64,000 nt of DNA from Adineta vaga (Eukaryota > Animalia > Rotifera). Positions 1 through 10,959 of the stretch are shown one piece after another; the stretch's first letter is position 1; each line of letters starts with the position of its first letter. The stretch lies in the NCBI GenBank assembly GCA_021613535.1, contig CP075492.1, positions 14,643,205-14,707,204 on the forward strand, given 5' to 3'. The translations under genes and the position numbers were made by a program. The notes beneath the pieces are model-generated. The model did no database searches, was not told where the DNA came from, and saw only the letters and a list, made by a program, of their open reading frames with translations.

Positions 1-1438
1 ACCACAGCATATAAGAAGACCAATCAGCACATAGTGTGCAAGTAATAATCAAAATGTGAACTTGTACAGTAGTTTCCTACAATAGTTTGCTTCATTGAAC
101 TGCTCATATTGAACTTTTGAATGAACAGGAAATACCCATATGCTTCCCTATCAAAGAAATGATGATATCGACTTAAACTATCCAGGAGAAACTCTTCAAC
201 TGGACAATCAGCTTTGTATATTTGATCGATGACTAGTGCAGCTATTGGTAAAGCGATTGCTATGAATAGCATAATCAGTAGTACTATTTTCTTTGCTGTC
301 ATTCGATGTTGATGGAGTAATGTATGTCGGACTTGGTATGACATCGACTCTTGAATTGAATGGTAGTGGTTTATTTGAAACTTCTATGGGCTTAGGTGTC
401 GAATCTATCCAACAAAGATGCAAAATTTTAAATCATATTAACTATTTTACAATCGTCACATAAATTATTAATCATAACTCAATGATATATTTTTAAAAAA
501 GAATCAAAGAGGTAATGTTATCTACCCGCATGTTCACATACTTTCGATGCTGTTTATTTGTTCGTACCGAAGCGAATACGAATCGTTCTCCGTGTAAAAT
601 CATTTTATTACAAGTAGTATTCCGTAGATCATAGCACTAGAACGATGTTCTTTTTTCCATCCCAATGCATCATTAGCGATGTGAGGACATATTCTTTCTC
701 GTCGTTCTTGAGCGCCAACAGTCTTGGGCTGAACATCAATAGAATCAGGTTTTTGTTTACATTGCAAGACTACTTGTATAGTGTACATTTGTGAATTTTG
801 AGGTCAAGTAAAGCTATATGTAACAGCATACTGATCAAGTCCAGCATAACTAATTGATGGTGTTGTAAAAACATACCGCTCTCCCGATATATGACCTTCG
901 CGTATTGATAACATTTTACCGTGCATCGTCACATCATCAGGTAACAGTAGTTGTCGATGTATAACTAGCAACGCTAAATGTGTCTGAAAGATTAGATGGA
1001 TAAGATCGATTGCAATAGCATCGATCATAATGAAACATTGTCTAGAAATTCTCGACCAACACGTAAATTTCCACATTCAACCATTACTACAGCTATAATA
1101 GATGAAAAAATATCGTATGATAAGAAACAAGTTATAGTAGAAGATATCAACTTTCGACGTTGTTTTCGAGTGAGTAAATATTTATGTTTGCTTATCTATC
1201 AGAAGATTGTACATTATTTCTTTTATCATATTCGACTTCGGAAAAGCATCGATGTGTGAGACGTGTTCTGTGCAAATTTATTAATATAGTAGATTCTAGA
1301 AGAACAACAATTAATGAGTAAAAAATAAAAATAGAAGTATAATAACGTCAATTAAATAAAAGCACGAATGAGAAAATTATATCACAATGATTTAAAAACC
1401 ATCATCATTTGTTTAGCTTCTATCTCAGACATTTTCAA

Positions 1439-2392
1439 ATGACGATCTCAAATTATCATCGTTCATGGTTTCTTTTAATACCATTGATTCCATCAAGTCT
1501 AGTTACTATCTTTGATTTATATCATTTTCTTCGTTCTCGAGCAACTCGAACTGCTCTTCATAATCATGTTATTATTCTTCTTCTATGTTATGTTCTTATT
1601 GAAAATCTCACTGATATTATTTGGCAAATCTATTATTATCATAATGACAAAGTTCTTTTATTTACACCTTTATTCTGTCAAATTTGGATATTTATTGGTT
1701 CAGCAATGTATATATCAGTGCATACATTGATGGCATGGGCATCCATCGAACGACATATTCTTATTTTTCATTCATATTGGTTTGCTACGAAAATTAAACG
1801 AATTATTTTTCATTACTTACCATTGTTTTTATGTATTATTGGCCCTATTGTATTTTACTTTCTTACAGCTTTTATTCTACCTTGTGATGCTGTATTGGAT
1901 TTCAATAAGAGATTTTGTGGCATATATTCATGTGTTTCTTTAAAACGAGAAACTTCGTTAATTGATAGTATTGGCAACTTTATAGTTCCTACTTTTATCA
2001 CAGTTTTGTTTTGTGTTACTCTTTTTCTACGTATCTTGTATCATCATCGTTATCATATTCATCGACAAGTTCAATGGAGAAATTATAAGAAATTAGCGCT
2101 TCAACTGCTCCCATTATCTATACTATACATTTTCTTACAAGTTCCACCAATAACATTGTATGTCGCATATTCGATTGGATTATCACGAACAATCGCATAT
2201 GATTATTATTCTGATGCTTTCTTTTTCACTTTTTGGATTGTTCTATTCATTCCATTTGCTAGTGCATTATCATTACCTAACTTGCGCAAGAAATGTAGAA
2301 ATATTCTTTTATTTTGGCAACACGAATGTGCCATAGATTTACAAATGTTTGTCTTGAATCGTCGAACTAGAAGAATAACACCGATAATATAA
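1439..2392 (+). CDS. Rhodopsin-like 7TM receptor (GPCR), single exon
   Basis: ORF 1409-2392 has seven hydrophobic segments and an ERH (DRY-like) motif, ASIERHILIF, after TM3. The first ATG is at 1439; the ORF-track start at 1409 is a TTG. It ends at TAA. Confidence 0.7.
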   Translation: MTISNYHRSWFLLIPLIPSSLVTIFDLYHFLRSRATRTALHNHVIILLLCYVLIENLTDIIWQIYYYHNDKVLLFTPLFCQIWIFIGSAMYISVHTLMAWASIERHILIFHSYWFATKIKRIIFHYLPLFLCIIGPIVFYFLTAFILPCDAVLDFNKRFCGIYSCVSLKRETSLIDSIGNFIVPTFITVLFCVTLFLRILYHHRYHIHRQVQWRNYKKLALQLLPLSILYIFLQVPPITLYVAYSIGLSRTIAYDYYSDAFFFTFWIVLFIPFASALSLPNLRKKCRNILLFWQHECAIDLQMFVLNRRTRRITPII

Positions 2393-2684
2393 TAAACATA
2401 TAGAAAATTCGTTGTTTGTATACTTGATTGTACGAATGAATGAATCAAACAAATCCATTAACTGTCCATAAATTCATTTTCGTTCTTTCGAAAAATAGTA
2501 CACTTGCTTATTTCAATCGAACAGTAAAAATGTGGAGAAAATTTTCTTTGTTGTTGTTATTTTTCTATCGACTTTTCAGGTTACTTGCGAAATTAGAACA
2601 ATTTCAATACATAAACTCTTCTGAAACAGGATTATGCCTCGTTTGATATATTCAGGTATCGTTATTTTAACAAATATATTATAA

Positions 2685-3658
2685 TTGTTTTATATGTTTT
2701 TTCTTCTTCTATTGATAATAGTACTCGTCTGTGTATTAATTAGTTTCTGCTTATTCAATGTTAATGAAGTAAACAAAAGAATTTCCATGAGTTTAAAAAT
2801 AGCGATTAAACATATGATCGATGTTCAATCGTATTTCGAAGAGAAAACCATTCCTGTGAATGAATGTCCTGATCATCAATATAAGATTCAAATCATTACA
2901 CGAAATCCATTGATTATTTATATTGATAAATTTCTAACTCAAAATGAAATCAAGCATTTAATTGAATTGGCGTAAGTTGAATCAAACTCGAAGAAAGATT
3001 TCTAAAAAACGAATTTTTTTAGAGAACCATTATTTAAACAATCAGGTGTTTATGATAATCATGGTAAACTTATTCAAAATAACTATCGAACATCATGGAC
3101 AGCGGATCTTGAACGTCAGGAAACGCCTATTGTGAAATGTATTGAACAAAGATTTGCTCAACTTCAAGGAAATATCGATGTAGAATATCTTGAACCATTA
3201 CAAATCGTCAAATATACATCTGAACAAGAAGTTTGTCGTGTAGTTCTACTTTTGGATCATCAGAAAACAATTTCATTTCATTCTAGTTTAAACCACATTT
3301 TGATTGGTTTTCTCAAGCTGATGTCTTGAAAAATAATGGACAACGAATTACAACATTTTTTACATATCTTTATTCGAATTGTTCATATGGTGAAACTGAA
3401 TTTGTTCATATTCGCTTTGATAAAGTTTTACATAAGAAATTTTGTCAAATTTTAATCTGTGATGACAAATCTTCACAAATGGGTCTTCGATTTCGGCCAT
3501 TACCAGGAAATAGTATCTTTTGGTTTAATGTCAATGAACAAGGTAAAGGTGATTATTTAACATATCATGCTGGTCGACCACCGAAAAAAGATGGTCTCAA
3601 AATCGGATTAAACACATGGACACATGATAGCAAAGTTTTTGTAAAAAAAAGAGAATAA
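2685..3658 (+). CDS. Prolyl 4-hydroxylase alpha-like 2OG-Fe(II) oxygenase with N-terminal membrane anchor, 3 exons
   Basis: Exons are join(2685..2971,3023..3230,3287..3658), with a GTAAGT donor at 2972 and introns of 51 and 56 nt. The spliced protein shows P4H motifs: PLIIYIDKFLTQNEIKHLI, RTSWTADL, EPLQIVKYTSEQEFKPHFD (HxD), and PGNSIFWFNV...HAGRP. An N-terminal hydrophobic anchor is present. Confidence 0.75.
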
Positions 3659-5123
3659 ATTTCTTTTCATACAAAACAAAACAAAATGAACTGAAAATAA
3701 TTTACAAATTATGATTATCATCGTCTTCATCTGATTTACGAGTACAAATTTGTGATGTGACAACGAATAATAGATATGATATTTCATTATTATTTTGAGA
3801 ATATCAAATGTAAGAAGTTTTAAACTCTCTAATACTAAAGATTTCACTTGAGTAAAACGATGCATTGGTGCGACATGATAAATTGATCGATATCAATGAC
3901 TAATTCAACCCTTTTATATTCATAAAAAATCTTTTGTTCAATATTTGAGGGTACAATTGTCGGATATATTATATTGATAGCTAAATCACTAATATATCCA
4001 GTAGTAATTTGAAATGTAAAATTAAATTTTCGAATATTTGTTTTGAAAAGAACATCTTTTCATTGATTACCACATCACTTAAATCATTTTTACCATTCGC
4101 TTCGGTAGTTACATGTATTAATTCATTTAAATCATTCAGACATTGTTTGAACAGATTTCAACGATATAATCAGATCTATAAATCATCAACGATTAAATGA
4201 GTTAAGACGTCAGCTTGTTGATGAAATAATGAAAAAATATTCTTCTGTTATATGGAGTTGATACGGTATAGTTTTATCAGATAAGATCATTGAAATGATT
4301 GTTCAGATTTTTGAATGATCGGGATGAGTTCAATAGACAGAATCATATCAGTCGTAAAATAAGAAAGACGAAATAGAACGTACGGATCCAATGTAAATTT
4401 CTTTTTCTGTATAAAGGGATATTCCTCATTGAATATAAGCAATACATTTACATTATGTTCTCGTTTTCTGATATTTATTGTATTGATATATGCACATATT
4501 TTGTAACAAATTTTAAATTGCAAACATAAAATTTTTTTGTTTTTCTATCAGTTAGATCTCACTGAAAGCACATTTATTTCAATGTTGATATTATTAACTA
4601 TTTATAATTCATCGATTGACGTCACTGTTTATGTCATTTGCAAATCGTATTATGAAGAAAAAAACAAATATGACTCTTTCTTTAATGAAAATGACATCTT
4701 ACAATGACGTCGATCTCAAATTTATTTGAAATTCAGAGCAGAAAAATGGTTCTCAATTAAGTTTTTTCTATCATAATTTCCTTCTTTGTTGTAGTCGAGA
4801 ATTAGATTATCATCTTCATCGGAAAAATTGTCTTTCTACTTGAGAAGTATAACTAAATCAAGTTGACGTCAAATGCAGTTAGATGATGCGTTACAGAAAT
4901 ATCTCGAAGAAAATAATTTGTATAAGTAAGTCACTATCTCAATTTTCTTTCTTCAACGTTTCTACTTTCATTATTAAAAAAAAGACGCATAAACTGAAAA
5001 TGACAGATAAATATTTTATATACGATAAGCCATTATTTGTTCCTAAAAGATAAATATTACCTATGTTCTTTCTTATTCAGGATATAGTTGAAAGTATTCC
5101 ATCTTTTATTACTTATAGTTATC

Positions 5124-6152
5124 ATGTCGAGTTCAATCAATAGTTTTGTTACGAATCTAAACCTGATCTCGACTTGGATTAATCGCGTTTTTCCAGTTTT
5201 ACAAATTGTTTTTGGCACATGTGGAAATCTGTTCAACATTATCGTGTTTACTCGACCGACATTACGCGACAATCCGTGTTCAATGTACTTTTTAGCGGGC
5301 ACAATTAGTAACTTTATTGAAATTTATATGGAGATACTTTATCAATATCTTAAAAGTAATTGGAACTGGGATCCAACGAATACCAACACTATTTGGTGTA
5401 TAATACGTAACTGGTTGACATATCCTGCTTTATGTCTCGTACTATGGTTTATCGTTCTATCAAGCTTCGATCGATTTCTTATAAGTTCACATAATGTACG
5501 AATTCGTCGCATGAGTAATACATCAGCAGCTAAGAAAACAATCCTATTCACCATTTTATGTTTTTTCCTGATTTATGCACACATGCCATTTTTTTATAGA
5601 GCTATTAGACTCGGTACTTTGAACATTTGCACTGTTCAATCATCAGAATATATAATTTTTTCTAATATTTTATTTGTTATGGTTTTCTGCCTTTTACCGA
5701 TCCTATTTATGGTCATTTTTGGTACTTTAACATTTATCAACGTTCGTACAATACGCAATCGTATTAATCCACAATTCAACAACACAAGACAAGAACGTAT
5801 ACGAGCCAATGATCGTCAACTGACTAGAATGCTGCTATCACAAGTACTAATCACTACGCTACTGTCAGTTCCCTATTGTTGCATCAACATGTATAGCACA
5901 TTTGTGTTAACCTTGCTTAAAAAGCAACTTTCAACATCTGATCGAGCAATTTTCAGTCTGACATTTTATGTTACCCGAACACTTCATTTCACCAATCCTG
6001 TGATTGGATTTTACGTATATACTTTGAGCAGTTCAAAATTTAATGCTGAATTCAAACGATGCATTCGATATGGATTGAGAATCATTTTCACAACAACAGG
6101 TATCATAAAATATCTGCCACGAAGAAGGCAACAAGTACTACTCAATCTTTAA
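5124..6152 (+). CDS. Rhodopsin-like 7TM receptor (GPCR), single exon
   Basis: 7TM profile with FDRFL (DRY-like) after TM3 and NPVIGFYVY (NPxxY) in TM7, followed by a helix-8-like FNAEFKRC. The first ATG is at 5124; the track start at 5088 is TTG. An acceptor-like cag at 5078-5080 suggests a possible upstream exon or UTR intron. Confidence 0.7.
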   Translation: MSSSINSFVTNLNLISTWINRVFPVLQIVFGTCGNLFNIIVFTRPTLRDNPCSMYFLAGTISNFIEIYMEILYQYLKSNWNWDPTNTNTIWCIIRNWLTYPALCLVLWFIVLSSFDRFLISSHNVRIRRMSNTSAAKKTILFTILCFFLIYAHMPFFYRAIRLGTLNICTVQSSEYIIFSNILFVMVFCLLPILFMVIFGTLTFINVRTIRNRINPQFNNTRQERIRANDRQLTRMLLSQVLITTLLSVPYCCINMYSTFVLTLLKKQLSTSDRAIFSLTFYVTRTLHFTNPVIGFYVYTLSSSKFNAEFKRCIRYGLRIIFTTTGIIKYLPRRRQQVLLNL

Positions 6153-7197
6153 GGACAACTGGAGAAGCAAATAAGGTTCGTTCTACTCACCATCAACAAA
6201 CAATAGCGAAAACAACGATGGTATAAACATATATACTGTCACTCTCTTGTTAGGTAGAAAGGCTCTATCACATTAAATATCATCAATCGAACGTATTGGA
6301 TTGGAATTAATAATATATGCATATGATTCGATTCTAATTACCTTTATCTTGACCAATCCATATTTTATTATCTTGCCTATAGGATATGTAAATAGATATA
6401 GATTTTGATCCTTTTCCAATTGCCTGAAGGTTGTGCAAGAAAATAACAATTACTATGATCAACAGGTTTGGACATCATCAGTAGATACTCACCATTTCAT
6501 TTACAACGAAACGAATAACTCATTTGATATCTTTCTATTTGACTGATCGCCAGTTTACCACATAAATCATAAATTATCGAGGCATCTTTTCAAAGTTCAA
6601 TTTCTTTTATTCTATAAACCAGAACGATCTTTTAACATAGGATAAGCATCAGTACGTAGTGCTCGTTCGAAAATTTTCTATGAATTTAATTTGTTTTCTC
6701 GACTAAAGGGATGATTGAAGGTGTGCTTGTGTATATATTTTCTCTTCAACCATATATACACCCTCGAGGTTAATATTCTCGAGAAATGAGTCATGATGTG
6801 GATCTAATCGTACAGTGATAATACATTGGCTCCATATAATGGCGCCCTCTTTTGTTTTGTATTTGTACCATTTTTTGTTCTTGAAATAAAAATGTAGTAC
6901 TATCCAGAAACATTTTCTCAATCGGATTGCACTGAATTTATCTTTGTGACTTTGAAAAAATACGACGACCAATCTCTTATTCGTATATATTTTAGGCCAT
7001 CGACAAACATGTACAGTATAGGATTTATTTTCTTGTTTTTACTCTTTATCGTCGGCGTAGAAGTTCATAGTACGTACTTTAGTTACGCAAAGAACGTATA
7101 TGATGATGATGATGATGATGATAGTGCAAAAAATTCAATATATATTTAGATTGATACTGCTCGAGTAAAACTGCATTTGTGAAATACAATCACAAAG

Positions 7198-8379
7198 ATG
7201 GTTAATCTGGTCTTATATTTTCTTCGTCAACCAGAAACAAAAGCACTACTTTTTGTTTCTCTATCAATTCTTCTTCTACCATTATCAGCTCTTTCAGTAC
7301 CTTTAATTCCTCATTGTATTTGGGTATTTGTTCGTTCATCATATCTATGTATTGCACTTTACTTTATCGGTGTTTATTGTCTTTCACGATGGATTGCTCG
7401 TGGTGGTCAATTTGATGCATTGAAAACAAAGGATCTCAATGGAAAGACTTATTTAATCACTGGATCTGCTGGTGGTATTGGAAAGGAAACAGCTCTCGAA
7501 TTAGCGAAACGTGGTGCTAAAGTAGTTTTATTTGCACGACCAAGCAATCTTCAAGAAACAATTAATGATGTTAAAAAAGTGGCACGAGATGCTAAACTTG
7601 TAAGTGGTTATCCAATTGATTTAGCTGATTTACGTTCAATCAAAATTGGTATTGAACAATATAAAAAAGTTGAAGGCGAGTAAGTATCATATTAATCAAA
7701 GAATCTTTATATATAGATACATATATATATATATATATTTGTTATTTGTAGAAATGCTTCAATTACTGCTTTGATCAATAATGCTGGCGTCATGGCTCTA
7801 CCCTATGCACGTACTAAGGATGGTTTTGAAATGCAAATGGGTACTAATCATTTTGGCCATTTTTATCTGACTCAATTACTTCTTCCTCAATTACTTAAAT
7901 CCAAATCGCGTGTTGTTAACGTTTCATCATTAGCTCATGTTATGTGGAAAGTCCCATGCACACCTGACACGTATGCTGAACAATTTAACAAACAAACATA
8001 TAAACCTTGGAATGCCTATTCTCTCAGTAAAACAGCAAATATTTATTTTACTCACGAATTACATCGTCGTTTTCATGCACAAGGTCTTACTGCATATGTT
8101 CTTCATCCTGGCGGAGTTAATACAGGATTGGCAAGACATATAGCACTTTCATCAGTATTAATTGCACCTTTTCGATTGCTTCTCTTTAAAACACAGCTGG
8201 AAGGTGCTCAAACAAATCTATATTGTGCTGTATCAGACGATGTGGTATCAGGAAAATATTATTCCGATTGTCAAGAATTGGAATTAGGAAATCCATATGC
8301 GAATGATTCGGATCGAGCTCGTGAATGGTGGGAATATTCAGAAAAGATTGTCGCCGAAAAGATCAAAGAATTGAACTAG
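7198..8379 (+). CDS. Short-chain dehydrogenase/reductase (retinol dehydrogenase / WWOX-like), 2 exons, N-terminal TM anchor
   Basis: Exons are join(7198..7679,7752..8379), with a GTAAGT donor at 7680 and a 72 nt intron. It carries the Rossmann motif [12 protein letters not shown], the NNAG motif, and the YxxxK active site. Stop is TAG. Confidence 0.8.
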
Positions 8380-8779
8380 ACATTTGATATCTCTGTCATT
8401 ATTTTTTCGTACATGTTTATGAAATATAAAAAACAAATAACCATCATTTATTTTCTAATATTTTTATCACATTGAAACGTGAAGTTCTGCTTCATTAGTT
8501 AGAGGGAGAGAAAAGAAAATTAAAGAACACATGGGTGTACGGATGATATTTTCTTTCTAAACTCAATCGATATATATATATATATCAATGGATGAATGTA
8601 TCCTTTTTTTATTTAGACTGTAAAACATACATTTCATATTGAGAAACTTCAGAAGGTGAGTTGAAAATAGTGCAAAGAGTGTATTCGTCCATTGATCGAG
8701 TGGAAGTAAAAATATATCACTTTGATAATATTATAGAATAAACGTGATCATTGTGTCATAATCATAGTATTGACAAAAG

Positions 8780-10525
8780 ATGCCTTCATTAACAGAATCA
8801 GATAATTATTGGGAAACGGCAACAGATGATATTCGAGCGCAAATTATTACGACGTCAAATACAAACTCTAGACGAAATATATTTCAACGCATGATTGATT
8901 CATTTAAACGTGTACCTTCATCTAAAAATATTTCGATTCCAATGACGGAAACTGATAGAAGAGATGACCAAAACGATGAAGTCGAAAAAGGAGAAAGTGG
9001 TTTGCATCGAGCACTGAAAAATCGACATTTGCAGATGATTGCCATAGGCGGATCAATTGGTACTGGTCTTTTTGTTGGATCAGGTTTAGCACTAGCATCG
9101 AGCGGTCCTGGTGCACTTGTTCTTGATTTTGCCATCATTGGTTTTATGCTTTTCAATGTATGTATGGCATTGGGAGAGCTTAGTGTCGTTTTTCCTGTGT
9201 CTGGCTCATTTGCTGCTCATAGTACACGTTTTCTTGATCCTGCATGGGGATTTGCTATGGGATGGAATTATGCTCTCGGCTGGTTAATTATTATGCCTCT
9301 TGAATTAACAGCTGCTGGACTTGTAATTAACTATTGGACGACGTCGATAAATGTTGCAGTATGGATCACCATTTTTTTAATTGCACTTTTGATTATCAAT
9401 TTATTTGGTGTACGTGGATATGGCGAAATTGAATTCGTTATATCCCTCATTAAAGTAATTGCTGTCATTGGATTCATTATTCTCGGTATTATTCTAGTTT
9501 TCGGAGGTGGACCAAATCATGAATATTTAGGAGGGAAATATTGGCAGAATCCAGGTGCATTTGCCAATGGTTTCAAAGGTATATGTTCGACTTTTGTAGT
9601 GGCTGCTTTTGCTTTTGGAGGTACAGAACTAGTTGGCTTAGCTGCAGCCGAAACAGATAATCCTCGAAAGACTATTCCACGAGCCACAAAACAAGTCTTC
9701 TGGAGAATAATGATATTCTATATTGTATCATTAACACTTATCGGTTGTTTAGTACCTTATACATCTCGACGTCTTTTGAGTGGAACTTCGGCTTATGACG
9801 CGTCAGCATCACCTTTCGTTATTGCTATTGAAGATGCAGGCATCAAAGTTCTACCTTCGATATTCAATGCCATGATACTTTGTGCTGTACTTTCAGTTGG
9901 TAACTCGTCTGTTTATGGTGCATCTCGAACTTTATGTGCACTTGCTGAAAATGGTCAAGCACCAAACATATTCGCTTATATCGATCGTAAAGGTCGTCCA
10001 CTTTCTGCGGTCGCCTTATCGATGCTCTTGGGTTTCATAGCTTATATCAATTGTGCAGAAGTAGGTTCACAAGTATTTCATTGGTTACTAGCACTTGCTG
10101 GTTTGTCATCATTTTTTACTTGGAGTTCTATATGTGCATGTCATATCATGTTTCGAATAGCATGGAAAGCGCAAGGTCACACACTGGATGAACTGACGTT
10201 TGTAGCACCTTTTGGTATTTGGGGAAGCTGTATTGGTCTTTTGCTCAACATTCTATGTCTTATTGCTCAATTTTATCTAGCTATTTTTCCATTAGACTCT
10301 CCTCCAAGTGCAGAACGGTTTTTTCAAGCATATCTTGCTGCTCCCGTTATTCTTCTCTTATATGTAACATGGAAATTGTGGAAGAGATCACCATTTATGC
10401 GACCGAACACCATCGATCTGACTACTGGAAGACGTTTGCTCGACTCCCAACAGCTTATCGATGAAGAAAAAGCAGAACGTATGACTCGGCCTAGATGGAA
10501 AAGAATATATTACACACTATGCTAA
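8780..10525 (+). CDS. Amino acid permease, APC superfamily, yeast/bacterial AAP type, single exon
   Basis: 581 aa ORF with about 12 TM helices. The hallmark motif NRHLQMIAIGGSIGTGLFVGSG matches fungal Gap1-like and bacterial AroP/LysP permeases. ATG at 8780, TAA stop. Confidence 0.85.
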   Translation: MPSLTESDNYWETATDDIRAQIITTSNTNSRRNIFQRMIDSFKRVPSSKNISIPMTETDRRDDQNDEVEKGESGLHRALKNRHLQMIAIGGSIGTGLFVGSGLALASSGPGALVLDFAIIGFMLFNVCMALGELSVVFPVSGSFAAHSTRFLDPAWGFAMGWNYALGWLIIMPLELTAAGLVINYWTTSINVAVWITIFLIALLIINLFGVRGYGEIEFVISLIKVIAVIGFIILGIILVFGGGPNHEYLGGKYWQNPGAFANGFKGICSTFVVAAFAFGGTELVGLAAAETDNPRKTIPRATKQVFWRIMIFYIVSLTLIGCLVPYTSRRLLSGTSAYDASASPFVIAIEDAGIKVLPSIFNAMILCAVLSVGNSSVYGASRTLCALAENGQAPNIFAYIDRKGRPLSAVALSMLLGFIAYINCAEVGSQVFHWLLALAGLSSFFTWSSICACHIMFRIAWKAQGHTLDELTFVAPFGIWGSCIGLLLNILCLIAQFYLAIFPLDSPPSAERFFQAYLAAPVILLLYVTWKLWKRSPFMRPNTIDLTTGRRLLDSQQLIDEEKAERMTRPRWKRIYYTLC

Positions 10526-10959
10526 ATTACTGTATACAAACTTTGTTCGAATATTTTGTTTTTAAAGTGTGAAAAAAGATCTTATTTATTTTCCGCTCAC
10601 TCACATCCTCAAGGTTACAATAGAAAGAGAAAATTAAAAAAAAATGTTGTTGTTGTTACTGTTGGTGAATCAATGTTTGATTTTGTCGTTCTACCGGCAA
10701 GAATTCTTGCTGTGTAACACAACTGTAGTAACAATAATAGAGAGAATTGCACCATTTCAAGAAAGGGAAAAAAATCCCACGTGGTGTGTATTTATGTATT
10801 ACGGTTACTTTCTTTTTGAAAAGATGTTGAGAATTAGGTTATAGTTTCAGACAAGAATACATTGTTTTGAAATCATACATTAGCAGTAAATCAACTACAG
10901 ACAAAATCTCATCTGCATCTACAGTTTTTGTTATTGCCAGAATTAACCGCTTAAACCAT

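Noticed and set aside
6946-7149. A 67-aa ORF with a poly-Asp run
   Set aside because: It lies in the promoter-proximal region of the SDR gene. It has no homology and its composition is driven by a (GAT)n repeat, so it is treated as non-coding.
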